The notes below the pieces were generated by a model. The model had not been told where the DNA came from and searched no databases. It saw only the letters and a list, made by a program, of their open reading frames with translations. Positions 6,910 to 15,822 of a stretch of 64,000 nt of DNA are shown here, piece by piece. Position 1 is the stretch's first letter. Each line of letters opens with the position of its first letter. The position numbers and the translations under genes were made by a program. The stretch spans positions 62,001 to 126,000 of IMG/VR virus record IMGVR_UViG_3300042879_006196. One strand, written 5' to 3'.

Positions 6910-8466
6910 GTGTGGTATAGATATTGCAGATTAATTATAGCTGGCAAAGAACATATAATTAAAAAGATCATTGGTTATTTTAGAGAACAAGGGATTGGAC
7001 AAGTTGACTTAGATAATCTCCAACACAATCTGAATACCTTAGATAAGAATAATTTATTACCAGCGAGAATAGAACCTAGAAAAGATGGTGTATTTTTTGG
7101 TGATAGATTGTATGAAGATTTTTTAGAATTTCAAGAAATAGTGGATGGATTATATGGAGAATATAAATTAAGACAAAAAACAAAAGAACAAAAGAAATTA
7201 AGAGAAGAAAAAATAGAATTTGTTCCAGGTAAAACATCTGTTTATCCATGTAATAGTGTAAATGATGCGATCAAATATGGGGTTGGTACAGATTGGTGTA
7301 TTTCTCAACCTGGTAATGGAAATTATGATTCATATAGATCCGACTATCAATCTACATTTTATTATGTACAAGATAACACTAGACAATCTGATGATCCTTT
7401 ATCTAGAGTAATGGTGGATATACAAGCAAATGGTGTTGTCAAACTCACTGATATAAATAATACCACTGGTACAATAGCTGAATTTGGTACAGATTGGAAA
7501 AAGTATTTCGAGTATTTGGAAAAAAGTGGTGTAGATATTTCTCAATTTGTTAATAAACCTTTGACACAAGAAGAGATAGAAGAAAATAAGTTGATTGGTA
7601 AAGAAATAAATGATTTGGAGAAATTTGAAAAATTACCATTAGAATATAAATTCAAATACATTGGTCGTGGTCATTTATTAACGACAAAACAATTGGAGTC
7701 TATTATTAATCTTCAATCTGTTCATAGCAATGATGTAAAAAATACATTGATAAAACATTATTTAAAAACAGGAAGATCTTTACCAGCAATTCAAAAATTC
7801 ATTTTATTTGAAAGCAATCAAGGATGGAGAACAACATACATAAGAAGTAGAAAAATAGTAATAGATCAAATTAGAAAAAATTTATTGGATGACGACGAAG
7901 TAGCTCGCGAATTTCTAGATGCTGATGAAAGGGCTCTTTATGAAAATCCATTGAAATCAACAAATATTGTTGTGAAAAATATTGAAGATTTTGATTTTTT
8001 ATTAACTAAAGGTGTAAGTTTAAATCAGTTTAATTGGTCTAGTGTTTCTCAGATTCGTAATTTATCTGAAGATTTTATAAGAGAATATAAAGATAAAGTG
8101 GATTGGCTTGATATTTCTACTTATCCAAGATTATCTGAAGATTTTATCAGAGAATTTCAAGATAAGGTGTACTGGTGGATAATTTCTCAATATCAAACAT
8201 TATCTGAAGATTTTATAAGAGAATTTCAAGATAAGGTAAAATGGGGAACAATTTCTTACACACAGGAATTATCTGAAGATTTTATAAGAGAATTTAAAGA
8301 TAAGGTGGATTGGGAGAAAATTTCCAGATATCAAAAATTATCTGAAGATTTTATAAGAGAATTTAAAGATAAGGTGGATTGGTATTATATACGGTGGAAC
8401 GAGAATATTTCCGATGAAACCAAACGCAATCTGCAAGCACAAGGATTTCCTATAAAAATTTACTAA
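6910..8466 (+). CDS. MWY-start protein with KYGxGTxWC domain and 5 C-terminal 23-aa Trp repeats (paralog 1)
   Basis: LSEDFIREFxDKVxWxxISxxQx units at a 69-nt period (8062, 8131, 8200, 8269, 8338). Confidence 0.9.
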   Translation: MWYRYCRLIIAGKEHIIKKIIGYFREQGIGQVDLDNLQHNLNTLDKNNLLPARIEPRKDGVFFGDRLYEDFLEFQEIVDGLYGEYKLRQKTKEQKKLREEKIEFVPGKTSVYPCNSVNDAIKYGVGTDWCISQPGNGNYDSYRSDYQSTFYYVQDNTRQSDDPLSRVMVDIQANGVVKLTDINNTTGTIAEFGTDWKKYFEYLEKSGVDISQFVNKPLTQEEIEENKLIGKEINDLEKFEKLPLEYKFKYIGRGHLLTTKQLESIINLQSVHSNDVKNTLIKHYLKTGRSLPAIQKFILFESNQGWRTTYIRSRKIVIDQIRKNLLDDDEVAREFLDADERALYENPLKSTNIVVKNIEDFDFLLTKGVSLNQFNWSSVSQIRNLSEDFIREYKDKVDWLDISTYPRLSEDFIREFQDKVYWWIISQYQTLSEDFIREFQDKVKWGTISYTQELSEDFIREFKDKVDWEKISRYQKLSEDFIREFKDKVDWYYIRWNENISDETKRNLQAQGFPIKIY

Positions 8467-8504
8467 TTTTTGAACAAATCATATTTTTTATCGTATAATA
8501 ATAA

Positions 8505-8579
8505 TGCGGGGTGGAGCAGAGGTAGCTTGTCTGGCTCATAACCAGAAGGTCGTGGGTTCAAATCCCTCCCCCGCACCCA
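8505..8579 (+). tRNA. tRNA-Met(CAU), initiator-like scaffold, CCA encoded
   Basis: TGCGGGGTGGAGCAG..GGTAGCT.GTCTGG-CTCATAA-CCAGA..GTGGGTTCAAATCCC..CCCCGCA-C-CCA. Confidence 0.9.
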
Positions 8580-8580
8580 A

Positions 8581-8654
8581 GCTCCGATCGTCTAGCGGTT
8601 TAGGACATCGCTCTTTCACGGCGAAGATCACGGGTTCGAATCCCGTTCGGAGTA
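8581..8654 (+). tRNA. tRNA-Glu(UUC), no encoded CCA
   Basis: GCTCCGA/TCGGAGT acceptor; TCGCT-CTTTCAC-GGCGA anticodon arm; ACGGG-TTCGAAT-CCCGT T arm. Confidence 0.93.
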
Positions 8655-8677
8655 ATTAAAAAAGATTGGAATAAAAT

Positions 8678-9424
8678 ATGTATTTACCTTTATTAGCTTT
8701 TTCCCTTTTCACACAATCTACTTTAGATGACACACAATGTAGAAAGGCATTAAATGAAATTCTCCCTATGATGCGCACAACCAATGCTATGAGTTTTAGA
8801 TTAGAGGGGGAGAATGAATACAAGGGGTTTTTTACAAAATATTCGGGCAGTTTTAAATGGTTCAAAAATGAATCTGTGATAAAGTCAGAGTTAAAGTTAT
8901 CGCGAGATCAGATTGGCTTACAAAGAATTGTGGCTGATGGTAAAAAGATTTGGGCACACAATCTGCAAAGAAATGAATATACAGTGGCTCGTTATTCTTT
9001 AGAATTATCTGTGGGCGAAGATTACATGAAAAGATATATAAATGGTGTAAAGTACCCTGTGCTAGGGATGGGGCAACATTTAATGACACTTGCAGATCAG
9101 GTAGGTTTTGTATCACCTTCTCTCAAAGACTGGATTGGTGGTATTGAGTGGCAGGGAAAATTAGAAATAGATAAAAATAATTCTTTAAGAATTGTGAAGA
9201 GAATTTATCAGATTGTGGCTGATTATCGTTATGTGGTTTGGGAGCTTGAATCATTTGATGAGGGTGTCACATTTAATTTTTCAAGCATAAAGATTTACAA
9301 TAAAAGTTTTGATGGGTCAACCACCACCACATATCTTTATTTGGACGATTGTGTGGGTGCGGATCATTTAGGATTTAAATTTGTTCCTCCATCTGGCAGC
9401 AAAGTATTATGGATAAAAGATTGA
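8678..9424 (+). CDS. Secreted LolA/DUF2092-like beta protein
   Basis: Hydrophobic N-terminus; IVADGKKIWAHN...NEYT and C-terminal FKFVPPSGSKV motifs typical of the LolA fold. Confidence 0.6.
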   Translation: MYLPLLAFSLFTQSTLDDTQCRKALNEILPMMRTTNAMSFRLEGENEYKGFFTKYSGSFKWFKNESVIKSELKLSRDQIGLQRIVADGKKIWAHNLQRNEYTVARYSLELSVGEDYMKRYINGVKYPVLGMGQHLMTLADQVGFVSPSLKDWIGGIEWQGKLEIDKNNSLRIVKRIYQIVADYRYVVWELESFDEGVTFNFSSIKIYNKSFDGSTTTTYLYLDDCVGADHLGFKFVPPSGSKVLWIKD

Positions 9425-9460
9425 GAAGGAAGATTTTTTCTCATTCTATAATACTATACT

Positions 9461-9883
9461 ATGAACAAACACAATCTATTAAACAAAATAGCTTCAATTG
9501 CTACAGAACTCGACGTAAAAGGTTTCACAAAGGAAGCAAAGACCTTGGATAATGTGTTAATTAGAGTGGCGGATATTAATCCTGAAGAATATTGGGATAA
9601 AGAATGGAGAAGAGAGTTTCGTGAAGAAGAAAGAACTATTGTTCCAACAAAAAAAGTTTGGGAGTATGTTAAAAGCGCACACACTAAAGAATTAGAATAC
9701 GCACTTGAAGGTGGCGGCTTAGACGTGAAAAATTTTGCTGAATTTTGCTGGTCTTTAAAAGATGAAAATTTAAACAACATGATCAAAAATAGCCCAGATC
9801 TTAATTGGGCATGGTTGGAAGAAGCATTTATAGATCATTTGGAATATATTCAACATTCTAAGTTTGACTCAGAACCAGAATGA
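9461..9883 (+). CDS. Hypothetical protein with shared N-terminal IASxATELD.KG..KEA tag
   Basis: ORF; tag shared with the genes at 9976 and 20778. Confidence 0.8.
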   Translation: MNKHNLLNKIASIATELDVKGFTKEAKTLDNVLIRVADINPEEYWDKEWRREFREEERTIVPTKKVWEYVKSAHTKELEYALEGGGLDVKNFAEFCWSLKDENLNNMIKNSPDLNWAWLEEAFIDHLEYIQHSKFDSEPE

Positions 9884-9975
9884 TTAGGAGGGAGGCTAAT
9901 TTTACGATTAAGCTTCCCCCGAAAAGGTGCGCTTTTTCTAACGTAAATCAATTTTCACATTTAAAGGAGAAAAAA

Positions 9976-10551
9976 ATGAACAAACACAATCTGCTAAAAC
10001 GAATTGCTTCTGTTGCCACAGAGCTTGATATGAAGGGTTTCACTAAGGAAGCAAAACATTTAGATTCTATGCTTTTAAGGTTGGCTATGGATGATGACAT
10101 GCCTGAAATTGAAAAAAGTATTGATAGTGTCACTCCAACTTTTCAAGATTGGGAAGGTTTAAATGCCTTGAATGGTATTTTGATTAGTGTGCTTGGCGGT
10201 CGTAAAGATTTAGACAAAAATTACTATCATGGTGTTGACATTATCATGGATCTTGTTAATGATATTTTCACTGAGTTGAAAAACTTTAATAAATTAAATG
10301 CTAATGAAAATTTTGAACAAAAACAAGATTTGGGCATGGAAATAAAAATGCTTCTTGACACTGTTAGGGATGAGACAAAAGCTTTAATTAAAGAATTTAG
10401 AATTACTTTAGATATGGGTAGGCAAATAATTTTGGATCATGCTTATGATTTAGTGGACAAATTCAAAGATACAATAGATGATTTGTTGGATATGAGCTCT
10501 CTTGACTTTTTACCTAAAAATGATGAACAGTGGCCTGACAAACTGTATTGA
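9976..10551 (+). CDS. Hypothetical protein with shared N-terminal tag (start moved from 9880)
   Basis: AAGGAG SD before ATG 9976; MNKHNLLKRIASVATELDMKG. Confidence 0.8.
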   Translation: MNKHNLLKRIASVATELDMKGFTKEAKHLDSMLLRLAMDDDMPEIEKSIDSVTPTFQDWEGLNALNGILISVLGGRKDLDKNYYHGVDIIMDLVNDIFTELKNFNKLNANENFEQKQDLGMEIKMLLDTVRDETKALIKEFRITLDMGRQIILDHAYDLVDKFKDTIDDLLDMSSLDFLPKNDEQWPDKLY

Positions 10552-10590
10552 TTAAAAGGAAGAGCACCGCGCAAAATTTAAATATAGATT

Positions 10591-12891
10591 GTGTGGTATA
10601 GATATTGCAGATTAATTATAGCTGGAAAAGAACATATAATTAAAAATGTTATTAATTATTTTAGAGAACAAGGGGAGTCTGAAGTAAATCTAAATGAAAT
10701 CTCACAGAAACTAAATGTTTTAGATAAATCACAAAAATTGCCAATTATTGAAAGAAGAAAAAAAAGTATTTTTTTTAATAATCAAGAATTCACCAAATTT
10801 CTTGACTTTTCAGAAAAAGTGGATCGTTTATTTTCTGAACATTTACGAAATGAAAAAACAAAAGAACAAAAAAAAATACAGAAAGAAGAAAAAACAGAAT
10901 TCATTCCAGGCAAAATATCTGTTTATCCATGCAAAAATGTAAATGATACAATCAAATATGGCGCTGGTACAAGTTGGTGTGTTTCACAGCCTGGTAATAA
11001 CATGTATGATAGTTACAGAAATCAAAGTGCGTCCACATTTTATTACATTCAAGATGGAACAAGAGATTCTAGTGATCCATTATCAAGGGTAATGTTAGAT
11101 GTACAAGATGGCGATGAAATTACATTAACTGACACAGATAATGACACTGGCGCTATAGCTGAATTTGGCACAAATGTAGATGCTTATTTAGATTATTTAG
11201 AAAACAATGGCGTAAACACTGCTCAGTTTGTCAATAAACCTTTGACAAATGAGGAAAGAGAAGAATTTCGAATATTAGGTCAAAGAAATAATGATTTAGA
11301 ATGGTTTGAAAATTTAAGTTTAGATTATAAATTCAAATATATTGGAAGAGGTCATCGTTTAACAGATGAACAGCTTTCATCAATTATAAATTTAGAATCT
11401 GTTGACACAAAAAAGATTGCATTAGAATTAATTAATGATTATGTTAACACAGGCTTAAATTTACCTTTAAATCAACAAAAAATTCTATTTGAAATTAATC
11501 CACAAATTCAAAAAACCTATAAAAGAAGAAGAGCAATTGCAATTGAAGCAATTAAGAAATATTATTTTAATAATACATATGAATTAAAAAATTATGCTTT
11601 ACAAAATAAAGATCTTGAATTGATTGATTCAATTATTGAAGAAAAAGGTATTGAAGCATTCAAAAATGCGAGGGCAGCTCAGCCTGTAATTGAATATTTA
11701 TTATCAAAAGGCTTGGACCCTAGTTATGTGAAATGGCAAGACATGTATTTAGAAAAATTATCAGAAGACTTTATAATCAAATACATCAACTTTTTAGACA
11801 TTAAGCGTATATCTCACTATCAAAAACTATCTGAAGATTTTATAAGAAAATATTCAGATCTTGTTGATTGGCGAAATATTTCATATTTTCAAAAATTGTC
11901 AGAAAATTTTATTGAAGAATTTAAAGATCGCGTAGATTGGCAAGAAATTTCAAGCAGACAAATATTATCTGAAGATTTTATAAGAAAATTTCAAGATAAG
12001 ATAGAACAAAGCAGATCATGGTCTGAAATTACACAATATCAAAATTTATCTGAAGAATTTATGGATGAATTTCAAAATAAATTAGATTGGGAAAAACTTT
12101 CAGATTACCATGAAAATAGAAAATATGGACAGAAACTTTCAATTGAATTTCTTTTAAGGCATAAAGATAAAATTGATTGGGAAACATATTCACGTAAATA
12201 CGGTGCCAATATCGCTGAGGAATATTTGAGAGCTCTCAAATATTATATACACTGGGATAAAGTAAGTTATCATAATGTATCTGATGAATTTTTGTTTGAA
12301 TTTGAAAATTATATAAATTGGAAAAAAGCAGCGAGCACAAAAGAAAATATCCCTGAAATTTTACTCCGAAGACACGCTGATGATTTAAATTGGTATCATA
12401 TTTCAGCTTTCCAAACATTATCTGAAGATTTTATAAGAGATTTTGCTGATCGTTTTAATTGGGTTTTTATTTCTCAACATCAAAAATTATCTGAAGATTT
12501 TATAAGAGAATTTAAAGATAAGGTGGATTGGTATTATATTTCTGAATATCAAACATTATCTGAAGATTTTATAAGAGAATTTCAAGATAAGGTAAAATGG
12601 GGAACAATTTCTGTATATCAAAAATTATCTGAAGATTTTATAAGAGAATTTCAAGATAAGGTAGTTTGGCATTTTATTTGTAGATATCAAACATTATCTG
12701 AAGATTTTATAAGAGAGTTTCAAAATAAGGTATATTGGGCAGAAATTTCTCAAGATCAAAAATTATCTGAAGATTTTATAAGAGAATTTCAAGATCGTGT
12801 AAAATTGCATTATTTATTGCGAAATGAAAACCTTTCTGATGAAATCAAACACAATCTGCAAACAAAAGGTTATCAAATAAAACATTTTTAA
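10591..12891 (+). CDS. MWY-start Trp-repeat protein (paralog 2, about 15 repeats)
   Basis: Same N-terminus and KYGAGTSWC domain as paralog 1; long repeat array. Confidence 0.9.
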   Translation: MWYRYCRLIIAGKEHIIKNVINYFREQGESEVNLNEISQKLNVLDKSQKLPIIERRKKSIFFNNQEFTKFLDFSEKVDRLFSEHLRNEKTKEQKKIQKEEKTEFIPGKISVYPCKNVNDTIKYGAGTSWCVSQPGNNMYDSYRNQSASTFYYIQDGTRDSSDPLSRVMLDVQDGDEITLTDTDNDTGAIAEFGTNVDAYLDYLENNGVNTAQFVNKPLTNEEREEFRILGQRNNDLEWFENLSLDYKFKYIGRGHRLTDEQLSSIINLESVDTKKIALELINDYVNTGLNLPLNQQKILFEINPQIQKTYKRRRAIAIEAIKKYYFNNTYELKNYALQNKDLELIDSIIEEKGIEAFKNARAAQPVIEYLLSKGLDPSYVKWQDMYLEKLSEDFIIKYINFLDIKRISHYQKLSEDFIRKYSDLVDWRNISYFQKLSENFIEEFKDRVDWQEISSRQILSEDFIRKFQDKIEQSRSWSEITQYQNLSEEFMDEFQNKLDWEKLSDYHENRKYGQKLSIEFLLRHKDKIDWETYSRKYGANIAEEYLRALKYYIHWDKVSYHNVSDEFLFEFENYINWKKAASTKENIPEILLRRHADDLNWYHISAFQTLSEDFIRDFADRFNWVFISQHQKLSEDFIREFKDKVDWYYISEYQTLSEDFIREFQDKVKWGTISVYQKLSEDFIREFQDKVVWHFICRYQTLSEDFIREFQNKVYWAEISQDQKLSEDFIREFQDRVKLHYLLRNENLSDEIKHNLQTKGYQIKHF

Positions 12892-12900
12892 TTTAAGATT

Positions 12901-14598
12901 GTGTGGTATAGATATTGCAGATTAATTATAGCTGGCAAAGAACATATAATTAAAAATGTCATTAATTATTTTAGACAAAAAGGCGAAATTGAAGACAATC
13001 TAAATGAAATTTATCGCAAGCTTTTGGATCTTGACAAATCCAACAAAATACAAAATATTGGAATAATAGAAGATAAAGTTAATTTTAATGATAATTCATT
13101 CAATAATTTTATAGATTTTTCAGAAAAAATAGATGAATTACATACAAATTATTTTTGGTTGAAGCAACAAGAAAAATTAAAAAAGGAACAAAAAGAATTA
13201 CAAAAAAATGAAATAGAATTTGTTCCAGGTAAAATATCTGTTTATCCATGTAATGATGTAAGTGATACAATCAAATATGGAGCTGGTACAAGTTGGTGTA
13301 TTTCTAGACCTGGTAATCGCATGTATGATTCATATAGATCCAGCAATCAATCCACATTTTATTATGTGCAAGATGGAACTAGGCAATCTGATGATCCATT
13401 ATCAAGGGTAATGATAGATAGGCAGAAAAATGGTGTTGTCAAGCTCACTGATATTAATAACCGTACTGGCACAATAGCTGAGTTTGGTACAGATTGGCAA
13501 GCATATTTTGACTATTTGGAAAGCAAAGGCGTAAAAACTTCTCAATTTGTTAATAAACCTAGAACACAAGAAGAAATTGAAGAGACTAAAAAATTAGGCA
13601 CAAAAAAAGACAATTTAGTATGGTTTAAAAACTTAACAAACGATGAAAAATCAAAATATATTGGAAGAGGTCACCTATTAACTAATAAACAATTAGAATA
13701 TTTATTATCAAGAGATGATATAGGCAAATTATTAATTCCTCAATATTTAAATACTGGTGTTAGTTTGCCTCCAAAACAAAAAAAAATGTTATTTTCTAAC
13801 AAACAATATGAAAATACATATTATAAAAATATTGAAATTGCACATCAAGAAATTAAAAAATACTGCTTTTCAAAACACAGTGATAATATTGCTTGTGAGT
13901 TAGAAATTTTAATAAATGCATTAGAAACAAATCAATTTGAACTTGTAGAAGAATATCAAAATAGAATTAATTTGTTAGACATTGAAAACTTTGAACCCAT
14001 TCCTAATTTTTATGATGATGAAGATGATGAAGATGAAGATGATGATGAAGATGATGAAGAGGTTATTTTTATCGACGGGCGAGCTTATACTTTTAATTTG
14101 AGTGTTAATATTTCAGTGGAAATGGCTGAATTTTTATACGAAATAGGAGCTGCTGAAGACAATTTAAATGAGATCTGCCACATGCGAGGATTATCTGAAG
14201 ATTTTATAAGAGAATTTCAAGATAAGGTGAATTGGAGGGCAGTATCTGAATATCAAACATTATCTGTAGATTTTATAAGAGAATTTCAAAATAAGATAGA
14301 AGAAACAAGATCTTGGGATAGAATTTCTGGATATCAAAAATTATCTGAAGATTTTATAAGAGAATTTAAAGATAAGTTGAGTTGGGATAGAATTTCTGGA
14401 TATCAAAAATTATCTGAAGATTTTATAAGAGAATTTAAAGATAAGTTGAGTTGGGGGAAAATTTCTTATTTCCAAAAATTATCTGAAGATTTTATAAGAG
14501 AATTTCAGGATAAAGTGAATTGGGAGTATATACAGAGCAACGAAAATATATCTGATGAAACCAAACACAATCTGAAAGCGCAAGGATTTCCGATGTAA
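12901..14598 (+). CDS. MWY-start Trp-repeat protein (paralog 3, 5 repeats, acidic tract)
   Basis: Same architecture; DDEDDEDEDDDEDDEE tract. Confidence 0.9.
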   Translation: MWYRYCRLIIAGKEHIIKNVINYFRQKGEIEDNLNEIYRKLLDLDKSNKIQNIGIIEDKVNFNDNSFNNFIDFSEKIDELHTNYFWLKQQEKLKKEQKELQKNEIEFVPGKISVYPCNDVSDTIKYGAGTSWCISRPGNRMYDSYRSSNQSTFYYVQDGTRQSDDPLSRVMIDRQKNGVVKLTDINNRTGTIAEFGTDWQAYFDYLESKGVKTSQFVNKPRTQEEIEETKKLGTKKDNLVWFKNLTNDEKSKYIGRGHLLTNKQLEYLLSRDDIGKLLIPQYLNTGVSLPPKQKKMLFSNKQYENTYYKNIEIAHQEIKKYCFSKHSDNIACELEILINALETNQFELVEEYQNRINLLDIENFEPIPNFYDDEDDEDEDDDEDDEEVIFIDGRAYTFNLSVNISVEMAEFLYEIGAAEDNLNEICHMRGLSEDFIREFQDKVNWRAVSEYQTLSVDFIREFQNKIEETRSWDRISGYQKLSEDFIREFKDKLSWDRISGYQKLSEDFIREFKDKLSWGKISYFQKLSEDFIREFQDKVNWEYIQSNENISDETKHNLKAQGFPM

Positions 14599-14634
14599 AT
14601 TTAGAAATCATACATCATTTTAAATATCTATAAA

Positions 14635-14964
14635 CTAGTTAAAATCAATTTTTGCATCGAGAGAAAAACCTACAATTTTTCTTCCAATGGGATTCCACCA
14701 AGGTTTATTATAAATTGCCTTCACATTTGAATATGACCTAGATAACCCTTGGCATTCTAAAAACTCCTCTAATTTAATTATGGTCGTTGTGGATGAATGA
14801 GAGCATACAAAATCCACAGCATAGCTACCTGAATGAGACAAAGAAGGAATGATTTTAATTTGATCTACACTGTAATTAACTCCACTTACTACTTTAATAA
14901 TTTTGTGAATTTCGTGAAAGTTATATGAAAAATGTTTAGGGATATACATAATATTTTTATACAA
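14635..14964 (-). CDS. Hypothetical protein
   Basis: ORF coupled to the upstream gene. Confidence 0.6.
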   Translation of the reverse strand: MYKNIMYIPKHFSYNFHEIHKIIKVVSGVNYSVDQIKIIPSLSHSGSYAVDFVCSHSSTTTIIKLEEFLECQGLSRSYSNVKAIYNKPWWNPIGRKIVGFSLDAKIDFN

Positions 14965-15622
14965 TTGAACGAATGTAGTCTATAAATTCACCTTGTTTTT
15001 TCATAGAATTTTCAAGCTCCATGCATGAACACGATGTGCCCCAATATTCTTTAGGAGCAGCTTTTAAATAATCAAAATCAGATTCGTAATTACCAATGTG
15101 TTCTGAGTACCAATTTTTTCTATCTTTTCTCACTGAAGAAATGTGGTTACAATAAATTGGATACATATTCAAAGATTCTTTTAATTCATGAAAATGATTT
15201 CTTCTATTGAGAAGATCTTCTCTGTAGTGTGATAAATCTAAACAAATTCCTGCGAAATGTTCAAGCTGCAATCTTGTCAATACTCTAGAATTTTCAGCTA
15301 ATATATAATGCCTGTAGCTATATATATCACTTGTCACAAAAACATCTTGGTGAATTCCATGCAAATTGAACCATTCTGTGCTAAAATTATTTAAGCAAAA
15401 ATCCAATTCTTCAGGAGTGGAATCAATTCTAATATGCACAAGCGGAATTACACAATCTCCCAGATCTTTTAATCTTTGCATTAACTTCATACGATCATCT
15501 TTGACATGCATGCCAGTTAAAAAAAGCCCAAATTCTCTCAAGCTTGAATTATTTTCTACTTCATTTAATTGTATTTCTGTTATTTCGAAATTTGATGTGG
15601 TTATTGATGGTATTATTTTCAT
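14957..15622 (-). CDS. TIM-barrel (xylose isomerase/AP endonuclease 2-like) protein
   Basis: VH, FNLH, EN, CLDLSH, HIS and ELE metal-ligand pattern. Confidence 0.5.
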   Translation of the reverse strand: MKIIPSITTSNFEITEIQLNEVENNSSLREFGLFLTGMHVKDDRMKLMQRLKDLGDCVIPLVHIRIDSTPEELDFCLNNFSTEWFNLHGIHQDVFVTSDIYSYRHYILAENSRVLTRLQLEHFAGICLDLSHYREDLLNRRNHFHELKESLNMYPIYCNHISSVRKDRKNWYSEHIGNYESDFDYLKAAPKEYWGTSCSCMELENSMKKQGEFIDYIRSIV

Positions 15623-15785
15623 ATTGTTTCTCTAAAATTTTTCGCTCTAATGAATCAGATAAAAGATTGGCTTTATCAATGTAATCTTGAGTTGACATTT
15701 CTTTTTTTTGTTTTTTATTGTTGCTTTTAATATACGTGACAACGGCGGCACATGCAAGCAAAGAAATTACAAAATTTGGTTTCAC
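15561..15785 (-). CDS. Small membrane-anchored protein
   Basis: N-terminal hydrophobic helix followed by a Lys-rich stretch. Confidence 0.5.
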   Translation of the reverse strand: MKPNFVISLLACAAVVTYIKSNNKKQKKEMSTQDYIDKANLLSDSLERKILEKQYENNTINNHIKFRNNRNTIK

Positions 15786-15822
15786 AGTATATATTTTACT
15801 GGAAATGTGTCAACAAAACATT

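Noticed and set aside
8062-14530. CRISPR-like constant/variable 69-nt periodicity
   Set aside because: Units are in frame within long ORFs, and the variable parts keep W, IS and Q codons, so they are protein repeats
6910-14598. Diversity-generating retroelement acting on the repeats
   Set aside because: No reverse transcriptase or template repeat in the window, and variation is not confined to adenines
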